Virus record (IMG/VR): IMGVR_UViG_3300032753_001573
Span: 32,001 to 96,000 of that record
Direction: 5' to 3' (one strand)
Length of the DNA stretch: 64,000 nucleotides
Source of the DNA: a virus
The position numbers were made by a program, and so were the translations under genes. The notes below the pieces were generated by a model, which saw nothing but the letters and a program-made list of their open reading frames with translations, did no database searches and was not told where the DNA came from. This document shows, one piece after another, positions 1-9,078 of the stretch; positions within the stretch are counted from its first letter, which is position 1, and every line of letters starts with the position of its first letter.

Positions 1-1
1 C

Positions 2-283
2 AAGTTTATATTTTGCAATCACGTTGAATGGCCATTGCATATGAGTGCTCAAGTATTACCCAACGATGTTAAAAACGCTATTGCGTTAGAGATAGACAAA
101 TACAACTGGGGAATAGATCGCGATGTAGTAATGTTTTACCTTAATCATATGTTTGAAAGAAATCTGTGGGAAGAATACGGTCATACTTTTCTCAATTATC
201 TAGATGATTTAGACACATCTAGGAAGATCGATTGGAAGTATAGCCTTTCTGAAATGAATCTCAGTGCATATGATACAAGATAA
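2..283 (+). CDS. C-terminal fragment of a gene truncated by the window edge, probably a phage radical SAM-type protein
   Basis: Frame is open from base 2 (KFIFCNHVEWPLHMSAQVLP...). The LDDLDTSRK ending resembles C-termini of phage radical SAM proteins, but no diagnostic motif lies inside the window. Confidence 0.45.
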   Translation, partial: KFIFCNHVEWPLHMSAQVLPNDVKNAIALEIDKYNWGIDRDVVMFYLNHMFERNLWEEYGHTFLNYLDDLDTSRKIDWKYSLSEMNLSAYDTR

Positions 284-301
284 TATAGAAGGGACTGTAA
301 T

Positions 302-1060
302 ATGGGCGAGCTTTTTAAAACTGACATAGATATACCAACTGATGCATTTGGTATAGGATTCAAATTATCAGGTGGTGCCGATAGTAGCATAGTATACTAT
401 GCAGTATGCAAGGAATTGGCAAGAAGAGATCTAAAAATTCCTGTATACGTAACTACTCTAGACACTGATATAAAACTATGGTACAGTCACTACGCTAAGA
501 AAGTTATTAATTTCACTGCAAACGAAACAGGTGTAAGTCCGGTTAATCATATTACTAATTATATATCAGGCCCATATGACGACGACAGGTATACGGATGG
601 GCAAGACATTATGGTATATAATCTTGTTGATGATAGAAAGATAAATGTTTTGTATAGCGGACTTACACAAAATGCAAAAGTACAAGATCTATATGATGCA
701 GCTATCGGACATCCTGATATCAAATTAAGTTCGGCGCCATTGATGGAATGGTGTATCAATGGTACTGATCCGACTAGGAATGATCATTCTAAACAAGGAT
801 ATCGCGGTATTGACCGCAAGCATGCATCATTACCGTTTTGGGCAATATATCCGTTTTTGCATCATGATAAAAAATATGTAGCAGAACAGTATAAAGATTA
901 TGACGTTATGGAAAAGTTGTTTCCATTAACATATAGTTGCGAGCATGAAAATTCTGAGATAAAGACCAAATTAGATATAGTTGATGGATTCCAAGAACAC
1001 GCACACTGCGGACAGTGTTGGTTTTGTATAGAACGAGTTTACGGTTTTGGAAAGCTGTAA
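302..1060 (+). CDS. QueC-like PP-loop ATP pyrophosphatase
   Basis: PP-loop LSGGADS and a C-terminal Zn cluster TYSC...HCGQCWFCIER, as in the QueC family. Confidence 0.7.
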   Translation: MGELFKTDIDIPTDAFGIGFKLSGGADSSIVYYAVCKELARRDLKIPVYVTTLDTDIKLWYSHYAKKVINFTANETGVSPVNHITNYISGPYDDDRYTDGQDIMVYNLVDDRKINVLYSGLTQNAKVQDLYDAAIGHPDIKLSSAPLMEWCINGTDPTRNDHSKQGYRGIDRKHASLPFWAIYPFLHHDKKYVAEQYKDYDVMEKLFPLTYSCEHENSEIKTKLDIVDGFQEHAHCGQCWFCIERVYGFGKL

Positions 1061-1061
1061 C

Positions 1062-1622
1062 ATGAAGATATGTATAACAGGCAACAACAATAGTGGCTTA
1101 GCAGGCGCATTAGCTACAATATATCCATCGGCTACATTTATTAGCAGACATACTGGATATGATCTAACAACTATTGCCGATCAAAATAGATGTGCAAGTA
1201 TAGCACTTGAACACGATGTGTTTGTTAATTGCGCTGCACTTTGGAAATTTAATCAGACTATTCTGTTAGATACAGTATATAAACTTTGTCTAGACAATAA
1301 ACATCCAATACATATTATATGTATAGGTAGTACCACTGATAGAGTTAAAAATGGCAAAGCATGGTTATACAATGCTGAGAAGAAAGCATTAAGGGATTAC
1401 TGTAATACATTAGCATTGGGAGGTGTTTGGGGTTCATCGCCTAAGATAAGCTATCTAAGCTTAGGTACGTTATCTAATAATCAGGAAAAACATCCGGATC
1501 GAAAATGTATTGATATGTCTTTAGCTGCTAACTATGTAAAATGGTTGATAGATCAGCCAAGAAATATAAACATAAATGAAATTAGTATAGATCCAATGCA
1601 GGATGGTAGATGGTATGAATGA
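1062..1622 (+). CDS. short-chain dehydrogenase/reductase-like protein
   Basis: N-terminal MKICITGxxxSGLA Rossmann strand, VFVNCA, IGS and YxxxK (YNAEK). ATG 1062 is preferred as start, right after the upstream stop. Confidence 0.7.
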   Translation: MKICITGNNNSGLAGALATIYPSATFISRHTGYDLTTIADQNRCASIALEHDVFVNCAALWKFNQTILLDTVYKLCLDNKHPIHIICIGSTTDRVKNGKAWLYNAEKKALRDYCNTLALGGVWGSSPKISYLSLGTLSNNQEKHPDRKCIDMSLAANYVKWLIDQPRNININEISIDPMQDGRWYE

Positions 1623-1689
1623 TCAACTTAAATGGAGTCAATACGATTTCACTAAGATACCGTTTGATGATATTGTTAAATTTGGCTGA
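1615..1689 (+). pseudogene. 24-codon orphaned 5' stub of the radical SAM gene at 2504
   Basis: MNDQLKWSQYDFTKIPFDDIVKFG* versus MNSNLKWSEYDFTKIPFNDIVKFG at 2504: 20/24 aa and 59/72 nt identical by hand count. Confidence 0.9.
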
Positions 1690-1706
1690 TTTTGTAATAA
1701 TATTTG

Positions 1707-1714
1707 TATAAATA
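1707..1714 (+). promoter_or_regulatory. T4-like late promoter TATAAATA for the GIY-YIG gene
   Basis: Exact T4 gp55 consensus, 4 nt before ATG 1719. Confidence 0.65.
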
Positions 1715-1718
1715 AGGT

Positions 1719-2507
1719 ATGACATACTACATTGTTTACAAAACGACAAATTTAATTAATGGCAAACGATATATAGGTTATCATAAAACAGATAATTTAG
1801 ATGATGGATATTTAGGATCTGGATTGGTTTTATTAAATGCTATTAAAAAATACGGTAAAGAAAATTTTATTAGAGAAACACTAGGAATGTTTAGTGATAG
1901 TAAATCTGCATTAGATTACGAACGAATGTTAATTACAGAATATGTAATATATAGCGATGATTTTTACAATTTAATGCCAGGTGGTATTGGCGGAGATGCA
2001 AAAGGCGAATCATCTCGTAATTATGGTATAAAAAAATCTACAAGTCACAAAGAAAAATTGAGTTCTTTACGAAAAGGTAGATTTACTGGAGAAAATAATC
2101 CATTTTATGGAAAAAAACACACAGATGAATTAAAGAAATGGTTCAGTGAAAGACAGATAGGCGATAAAAGTCCTGTATATGACAATACATTGTATAAATT
2201 TATAAATCATAAAACGGGCGAATGTTTCGAAGGTACACAATATCAGTTTGTACACAAATTTAACCTTGATTCAGGTAATGTTAATAAATTGGTAAGAAAA
2301 GTTGTTACGTCTTATAATATGTGGACGTTAGATGGTAATAAACCTTTGAAAAAAGGTCCAAAGATTGATGAAACTATCTATACAATATATAAGGATGATG
2401 AGATATTTGCAGGAACACGACAAGAAATAGAACACATGTTAAAAACATGTATATCTAGATTTTTGTCAGGTAAAATCAAAACATGTAAAAAATGGAAACT
2501 TAAATGA
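1719..2507 (+). mobile_element. free-standing GIY-YIG (Seg-like) homing endonuclease with NUMOD3-like repeats
   Basis: YIVYKTTNLINGKRYIG, YLGSG, KYGKENF, GENNPFYGKKH; more AT-rich than its flanks. Confidence 0.9.
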
Positions 2508-3643
2508 ATAGTAATCTTAAATGGTCTGAATATGATTTTACTAAAATACCGTTTAATGACATTGTTAAATTTGGACAAAGAAGTTTATTATATAAGGATA
2601 TTTTTTGTGTAAGTTGGATCGTCGGAAGGTATTGCAACTACAATTGCAGTTATTGTTGGCCTTATGCTAGGAGTAATACTAAAGATTATAGACCGTTTGA
2701 ACTCAATCGTATGACTATGGATGAGATTAAGCGACAGAGCAGAGAACGAGGATATAACAGTTTCCATTTCAGCTTTAGCGGCGGAGAACCAACGGTATAT
2801 CCTGATTATCTTAAACTGCTAGCACACTATTCTAACGATACTGAAAATTGCAACTACCAAAGTGTGCATATGACTAGTAACATATCACAAGGAATTCGAT
2901 GGTTTGAAAAATATGTTGATACGACAAAAGATCTTCACAGAGTATCTGTTACTGCTAGTTGGCATCGCGAACAGGGTATCAAGCAAGGTGATTTAAAAGG
3001 ACATACAGAAAAATTTGCAGACAAGTTGGTATTTCTGCAAGAGAACGATGTGCAAGTAACTATAAACACAGTAATGGTACCTGAGTGGTTTGATACTCTT
3101 TATGCAGAAGCAGAATACTTTCTCAGCAGAGGCATTAATGTTACTCTCAAACCTCAAAGCGATCCCACAGCTAGCAGAGTAGTTGAGGGATATACTGCGC
3201 AGCAACTGGCTACATTACACAACGGCATGCCGCAACGAGATTTCACTGCAGTAAAGAGCAAAGTTGTTCGTCCAAAACCTCCGGTTAGCATGCATGCTAT
3301 GAGCATTAACAATGGTGATGATGCAGCAGTGCCGCAGATTATGCAGGTAGAGTTTGAAGACGATACTGGTAAGAAATGGTACATGGATCAGGCCGAGAGA
3401 TTCAATGCGTTTGATTTCAATAATTTCAAAGGTTGGGACTGCGAAAGCGGGTATCGCAGTATTATTATCAGAGAACCAGATGGTGCTATCAAACGTAGCT
3501 ATAGCTGTCAAGATAAACCTCTTGGTTACATTGAGACTGGATTCAAATTGTTTGATAAACCGATGACATGCATAAGCGATGCATGCGTTAGTAGTGCTGA
3601 TAGTAAGATACCAAAACAGCGATCTATTTCAAGAATTTTCTAG
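2504..3643 (+). CDS. radical SAM protein with C-terminal Cys (SPASM/twitch-like) region
   Basis: CNYNCSYC (CxxxCxxC), SGGEP, and several C-terminal Cys. Confidence 0.9.
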   Translation: MNSNLKWSEYDFTKIPFNDIVKFGQRSLLYKDIFCVSWIVGRYCNYNCSYCWPYARSNTKDYRPFELNRMTMDEIKRQSRERGYNSFHFSFSGGEPTVYPDYLKLLAHYSNDTENCNYQSVHMTSNISQGIRWFEKYVDTTKDLHRVSVTASWHREQGIKQGDLKGHTEKFADKLVFLQENDVQVTINTVMVPEWFDTLYAEAEYFLSRGINVTLKPQSDPTASRVVEGYTAQQLATLHNGMPQRDFTAVKSKVVRPKPPVSMHAMSINNGDDAAVPQIMQVEFEDDTGKKWYMDQAERFNAFDFNNFKGWDCESGYRSIIIREPDGAIKRSYSCQDKPLGYIETGFKLFDKPMTCISDACVSSADSKIPKQRSISRIF

Positions 3644-4375
3644 GAGTTGTTCAACTTCTTGCCAATTGCGAATTATTTGTTTCTTTTCATCAAGAGTTAA
3701 CATTTTTCTAGTTAGTAGCTCATTTTGCTCTAGTTCATCTACATTAAGCGCAGTGTACGATGTATCATCTAGTCCATAGGTCTTTAACACACTGGGAATC
3801 AAGTTTACACAATCAGCAACCATTGATTCGTAGTTGATAATGCCGATGCAATCGCATTCATTTATCAATCTGTATCTATATTCGTTGTAAACATTTGTGT
3901 AACCTATTTCGGTTTTCAATTCGTCTAACGATACATCAAATGGACGTAACTCTTGTTTAAGTTTGTCTACAACATCCTGTTTGGTGGTAACCCAAACATT
4001 AGTATGTCGTGCTATATACCAACTGAGATATCGTTCTAATTGGTTGCGCTTTACTTCTATCCATTTTGCACTATGGTCAGACATCCATCGATCTAAATAT
4101 GGTATTGCAGAGGGATGAAAGGAATGTTTAATCAACCTATGTCGATGAGAAAAACTATCGTACATCTGTAAACGTTGGTCAAATTTGTTGCGGTCTGTGG
4201 TAACGATACCAGTAACCTCAAACCCAACATCGTGTTGCACTAAATTTATTGCATTGTTAGATGGTTCCCACATATCGGTGAACTCTAATCCTGCTTGTCT
4301 CAGCAATCTAGTAAAGTAATAGAATGAAAAACTTGTGCCTGTTCTAGGTAATCCTACTAAATGTAGATCGGTCAT
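3629..4375 (-). CDS. sulfotransferase-like P-loop protein
   Basis: GLPRTGTS resembles the 5'-PSB loop; KRNQLERYLSW resembles the 3'-PB motif; INYE near the C-terminus. Confidence 0.6.
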   Translation of the reverse strand: MTDLHLVGLPRTGTSFSFYYFTRLLRQAGLEFTDMWEPSNNAINLVQHDVGFEVTGIVTTDRNKFDQRLQMYDSFSHRHRLIKHSFHPSAIPYLDRWMSDHSAKWIEVKRNQLERYLSWYIARHTNVWVTTKQDVVDKLKQELRPFDVSLDELKTEIGYTNVYNEYRYRLINECDCIGIINYESMVADCVNLIPSVLKTYGLDDTSYTALNVDELEQNELLTRKMLTLDEKKQIIRNWQEVEQLLENS

Positions 4376-4875
4376 GGCTGTTCTATAATGTTAGCAAATG
4401 GTATGAAATCATCAATAGGTTCGGCATATTGGACTTGAAACACATACCTATCGTGCTCGTTGTTGTACATGGCGTGCACCTTTGTGGTATTCAGTATTAC
4501 AGGCTGCACCGTATAATGGTAAGTTTCACTCACTGATGAGTTATCATCTAAGCTGTCATAATACGTGACTGGTGCAAATTTATTCAATGAAGGTAACAGT
4601 GCAATACTGAGACAACTGGTACGATTTGACGAATCGTCTATGTGACGAGCAATGTGTGTACCTGCTCTAAACAGCGTGAAGATCTAGCCAGTTGATTTGA
4701 ATGGTATGTAACTGGTCATTTCAGATGCATCGATATCACCTGCATCTGCCCATTCTAAACCGACGCGAGTACCCTTCAAGCTAACATAGGCATTGTAATT
4801 ACCTACCAATGCCTTTGATACTAGTATTTCTCTAAAGGTAGATGATATGGTTTTTTTGAATTCTAGAACATTCAT
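4372..4875 (-). pseudogene. 2OG-Fe(II) oxygenase-like gene interrupted by one in-frame TAG at 4684-4686
   Basis: The two track ORFs (4684..4875 and 4372..4587) share a frame. Reading through gives ...KSTG*IFTLFRAGTHIARHIDDSSNRTSCLSIAL...KVHAMYNNEHDRY (HxD...H...R). Confidence 0.75.
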
Positions 4876-5010
4876 GTTTTTTCATCCTTTATATAGGATT
4901 TATGCAATGTAGCCGCCTATATTTGAAAGATACCGCCGCATGGCATTTCCTGCAATATTTTGCCTAACAAACATCTGATAAATTATAGTATAGTCGAGGG
5001 GAAACCATAC

Positions 5011-5577
5011 ATGAGATACGTAGAAAAGTTAGATCTAACCTTTGATATAAACGATCTGCTTCGTGGTTTAGAAACCGTGCTTGCTATATGTGACTGGCAT
5101 CCTCATCACAATCAAATTGGTCTTACACAGTCAATTGGCTCGGATGCAATCGAATCATGGTACAATGCAGCCGGAAGCTTGATTTATAAATGGAGCAACG
5201 ATCCGTTTGACAAAGACGGTGTATTAAAGAAGATTGATATAGTTAGAGCCGAATCTGATTTTTGTTATTTTGTGCGCGAGTTTTCGGATACTGTTTTTAA
5301 AGATGTTTTTGATAAGTTATCTGCGAGGTATAAGCTTGGTAGAGTTAGATTGATGAAGAGCCGACCTAAGACCTGCTTAAGCTGGCACACTGACAGTGAA
5401 AAAAGATTACATATTCCAATAATTACCAATCTCGGTGCAAGACTGGTGATAGAAGATACTGCTAATCATCTCATTGCCGACGGTAGCGTTTACATAGCAG
5501 ATACTACCAAATATCACACTGCATTTAATTCTGGCATGGAAGACAGGATACATCTAGTAGCCTGTTTATTAGATTAA
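5011..5577 (+). CDS. aspartyl/asparaginyl beta-hydroxylase-family 2OG-Fe(II) oxygenase
   Basis: WHTD...RLHIPI...YHTAFN...RIHL; SD gagggg before ATG 5011. Confidence 0.8.
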   Translation: MRYVEKLDLTFDINDLLRGLETVLAICDWHPHHNQIGLTQSIGSDAIESWYNAAGSLIYKWSNDPFDKDGVLKKIDIVRAESDFCYFVREFSDTVFKDVFDKLSARYKLGRVRLMKSRPKTCLSWHTDSEKRLHIPIITNLGARLVIEDTANHLIADGSVYIADTTKYHTAFNSGMEDRIHLVACLLD

Positions 5578-6624
5578 TCTTTTTGGTTTACTGCACCATT
5601 TGATGCATGCCTTGTTAGCAGTAGTGCATTTTTGTATGGATGTTTCTAATCCATCTTTGAACCATGGGGTAGATAAGATGGTTCCTAGCGGATGTTTGAA
5701 TACATTTATATCGCCCGACGATCTAAGATTTTGTATGCGTCTTACATTTTCGTCTAGGTCTGGATTGCCGTGATCGGCTTCAGTTTGAATCCAACAGCAC
5801 GGCCAAACATTGCCCTTGTAATCCATCTGTAGTCTTGCCTGATCGGCTGCTGCGCAGGATATTTGATGCGTGTCGTCTGAATAGATCAGATCTTCAAGTT
5901 TGAAATTTCGAATCTTTCGAGTTTCTGGTAGATATGATCTCAGCTGCAAATCGGTCTGGTGTAATTCGTGTTTGATACCTTTGCGATCTGTGTACCTGTA
6001 CACATCATTGCGTTCTTGAAAGAATCTCGCAGATTCTATAACATCCCAATGATCGGCACCGTGAGCTTTTGTGAGCTCCTTGATCTCATCTAAATACGGT
6101 TGATTATGTTCAAAAACAACAGTTAGTACTCCAACGGTATTAGCACATGCGTCTGATAGAGCTTTCATGTTAGCAAGTATCTTCTTGAGACTGGTGTTCC
6201 TCCGATACCTAGCATGCATTTCTTGGTTAATACCGTCTACGTCAAATTGAGTGTGCGTGTTTTTCCCGCCTATCAATCCAAGCTGTCTCCACCATTCTGT
6301 GGTCCGTGTAGATCCGTTGGTTGTTATCTTTATGATTGTTGACGGAGAACTTTCTCTGACATATCTAACTATTTCTAACAGATCTTTGCAGGTCGTTGGT
6401 TCACCATATAATCCTGAGAATATTATCTGATTCATGTGCTGCAAGTCTTCGGGTGAGAATGCTTGCTTGAAATCATTCAGCGACCACTTCTTGCGCTCTA
6501 GAAAATCGTAGGTATCTAATGTGCCTGGCTTAAATCTGTCGCATTGTGGGCAAGCAGCATTGCACACAGAGCTAAGCTCTACTAAGACTTTCAGTTTGTT
6601 AGAATTGTATAAGTCTAACCACAT
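5569..6624 (-). CDS. radical SAM/SPASM-like protein
   Basis: CNAACPQC, GxxGEP, TNG, DG...YRR, VWPCC. Confidence 0.9.
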   Translation of the reverse strand: MWLDLYNSNKLKVLVELSSVCNAACPQCDRFKPGTLDTYDFLERKKWSLNDFKQAFSPEDLQHMNQIIFSGLYGEPTTCKDLLEIVRYVRESSPSTIIKITTNGSTRTTEWWRQLGLIGGKNTHTQFDVDGINQEMHARYRRNTSLKKILANMKALSDACANTVGVLTVVFEHNQPYLDEIKELTKAHGADHWDVIESARFFQERNDVYRYTDRKGIKHELHQTDLQLRSYLPETRKIRNFKLEDLIYSDDTHQISCAAADQARLQMDYKGNVWPCCWIQTEADHGNPDLDENVRRIQNLRSSGDINVFKHPLGTILSTPWFKDGLETSIQKCTTANKACIKWCSKPKRLI

Positions 6625-7622
6625 TATAACACTATGGTTCCTTTGAGTATATCAACATCTCTGGCCATTTGAGCCAATAGATTAGCCCTATGAGATAAAC
6701 CCTCCGGTATGATGCCCTTGTGTAATAAGCTATTGTTTACAAAATAGTATTTGCCCGGCGTAAGAACGTATCTACCTTTTTCAAAATCCATTACCACTGG
6801 GTCGATGGGAACCATGAGTCTGAATCCGTGCATTACTGGTGTTGCATGATCCTTGTGCCAGATTGTTTCCCACCCGTTCCGGCTAATCACATAGTTGTGC
6901 CTGAATACTTTAGATTCAAGCTGTCCATATACAAACTTTGCATATTCTGGGACGCTTGGGTCAATATCTGCAGTTCCTTGTATGTTAAGCGGATGGCTGG
7001 CATATTTCTCAGTAGTAAACCCTACATGCTTTAGATAGTTGATGACTTCTGCTGCGGGTACCAAAAATTTCTGAAACCTGTCAGACACATAGTGAGGTCG
7101 CTCGCTGCCTACCCAATCGTCTAGTTCTTTCCTTAAACGTTCTGGATCTATTGGATCTATAGCTAGCTCTACTACGCAACCATACATTTCTGGAGTTTCG
7201 CCGTAATGATGTTCTACTGGTAGTGTTTCGTAGGTATCCATGGGTAGTATGTTGTGTGTCATTGCTATCTGATCAATTTCTTGATAGCGTTTGGCTATGT
7301 CGTACATATACATGCCATTTGATAATTCAATTAGATGCTGTTTGTAAACAACATCGTCATTGGATAGTGGCATGCTCATAACAACTTTGCTGATCTTTAG
7401 ATCAATAGCTTTGCCTATCATCCGATACAGTGCACCAAATTCTGCATAGAAATCATTGTTTGTGAAATCATGCACGATGTAATCTGCGATATACGTGTCG
7501 CCGTTGGCTTTGCCAGCAACTAAATGTTTGCCTGTGGTATCTACAACAACCGCATCAGATGACGACAGATCAATATCAATTGATATCGTTGGATCGGTTG
7601 GCAGTGTTAGCATGGTTTTCAT
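6624..7622 (-). CDS. two-domain protein with a C-terminal 2OG-Fe(II) oxygenase-like (cupin) domain
   Basis: WHKD...RLMVPI...LHKG...R; start 7622 gives an ATGA overlap with the upstream gene. Confidence 0.6.
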   Translation of the reverse strand: MKTMLTLPTDPTISIDIDLSSSDAVVVDTTGKHLVAGKANGDTYIADYIVHDFTNNDFYAEFGALYRMIGKAIDLKISKVVMSMPLSNDDVVYKQHLIELSNGMYMYDIAKRYQEIDQIAMTHNILPMDTYETLPVEHHYGETPEMYGCVVELAIDPIDPERLRKELDDWVGSERPHYVSDRFQKFLVPAAEVINYLKHVGFTTEKYASHPLNIQGTADIDPSVPEYAKFVYGQLESKVFRHNYVISRNGWETIWHKDHATPVMHGFRLMVPIDPVVMDFEKGRYVLTPGKYYFVNNSLLHKGIIPEGLSHRANLLAQMARDVDILKGTIVL

Positions 7623-7828
7623 TGTTTTGTGATTCCCCATTTGATTCTTAACCATATGCGTTCGTGTATGTAATAATCAAGGCTTAGAAACACATGCAGC
7701 AGTGTTGCAAATCCGGTAGCACTGCCGATGTCCCCTGTGAAAAGGTAAGTCAACGGCAGCGTTAATAACCACGCAGTTAGCCTGTAACTTATCATTCTCG
7801 TTATAGTGCGAGTATGTGTTTCTTTCAT
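7619..7828 (-). CDS. DUF2061-like small membrane protein
   Basis: ETHTRTI...SYR N-terminus, two hydrophobic segments, YYIHERIW..IKWG C-terminus. Confidence 0.75.
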   Translation of the reverse strand: MKETHTRTITRMISYRLTAWLLTLPLTYLFTGDIGSATGFATLLHVFLSLDYYIHERIWLRIKWGITKQ

Positions 7829-8445
7829 AGGATTAACTGCGATGGTTCGAATTTGGTAGCAGAAAATGGATAATAGAAGAAATCTTGCGGTACATCATTG
7901 AATTGATGTTGTCCCATATGCTGTAAATCGTCCCAGTGTTTAAGCTTTGATCTAACATGGCTTATTCTTCGAGTAGTATGATTTAATACCATTGCCTTGA
8001 GTTTAGACGAGTGAGCATATATTGTAAAGAATAAACCTTTGCATCTCGTAGCTTTGGCAAACATGATATGTCGGTCAAAGAATCCTTGGTCGACGTATAC
8101 TATTCCGTTATATTTGCTGCGATATGCTTTGAGTATGTAATAGAACATATTTACTCTGAGAAACTTATTTCCTGCAGTGTCGTCGTACACCTTTGCCCCG
8201 CCCATGCTTACTACTTTACCATCCTCGAGCGCAACTTCTATGGCATCAAATCCTACATCAAACCATTTACGGTTTGAATACTTGTATGCATCCTCACTGT
8301 AATTGGTTATCCACCAATTGTGATTTTCTGTAACTGACAGTAATTCTGTGTCAATGCTTAGATCATCTCTGTAGATAGATTTTCTAAATTCAGCAAGGCG
8401 CTGGTCTGTTGGATCGTATATGGTGGTTAGCTCAAAATCTTGCAT
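7825..8445 (-). CDS. hypothetical protein, possibly GNAT-fold
   Basis: EDGKVVSMGG...LRV..YYILKAYR pattern resembles GNAT motif A; overlaps both neighbours. Confidence 0.4.
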   Translation of the reverse strand: MQDFELTTIYDPTDQRLAEFRKSIYRDDLSIDTELLSVTENHNWWITNYSEDAYKYSNRKWFDVGFDAIEVALEDGKVVSMGGAKVYDDTAGNKFLRVNMFYYILKAYRSKYNGIVYVDQGFFDRHIMFAKATRCKGLFFTIYAHSSKLKAMVLNHTTRRISHVRSKLKHWDDLQHMGQHQFNDVPQDFFYYPFSATKFEPSQLIL

Positions 8446-9068
8446 TATGATAATGATGCTACCATATCATCAAATCTCAGCATCGAATCCCAGGATACCG
8501 ACACTCGACGATAATTGTCTGGATGGCCAATTTCAGCTTCCCAGGCATTGTGCAGTGATGAAACTCTAAATATTATTGGACGATTGCCGCTAATTATTTC
8601 TGCTGGTGTGGTATCTAACGGACAGCTGTAACGTTTCTTATCTACCGGGTCGCCTAGAGCAACTCCTAGCTTTAGAGGTTTGATCTCTATTATCTGGTCG
8701 GGTGTTGGTTCAAAGAATGCGGTACCGGCATAGTCGCTATAATAGATCGGGAAGAACAGATTGCTGTCTACGCTTTCGTGATCGTGTGGCAGATTTAGGT
8801 ATGTGTGCCTGCCCTTGTATTCGAGAAATGTCATGCGCTTGTCTAGATTATATTTCGCTCTGAATTCTTCCATCTCTGGAAACAACGCACTGACCTCGTC
8901 AAACGTGCTGTCTCTTAAGAACAGTGCTTCTTTGACAGGCCTATATTTTGGTATCAATTTGATATGATCATAAACATTGCGCAGATAGTCTGACATCATT
9001 ACGATGTCTGGCACATGCTCTGTTGAATAGAAATATTTGCCGCTCTTGCCAGTTTTGTCCATGATCAT
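8445..9068 (-). CDS. 2OG-Fe(II) oxygenase-like (cupin) protein
   Basis: PHDHE...FPI...FRVSSLHNA...RRVSVS. Confidence 0.55.
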   Translation of the reverse strand: MIMDKTGKSGKYFYSTEHVPDIVMMSDYLRNVYDHIKLIPKYRPVKEALFLRDSTFDEVSALFPEMEEFRAKYNLDKRMTFLEYKGRHTYLNLPHDHESVDSNLFFPIYYSDYAGTAFFEPTPDQIIEIKPLKLGVALGDPVDKKRYSCPLDTTPAEIISGNRPIIFRVSSLHNAWEAEIGHPDNYRRVSVSWDSMLRFDDMVASLS

Positions 9069-9078
9069 TATATTCCTG

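Noticed and set aside
1690-2503. Group I intron around the GIY-YIG gene
   Set aside because: The ORF fills nearly the whole insert, leaving no room for a ribozyme core, and the duplicated start makes splicing unnecessary.
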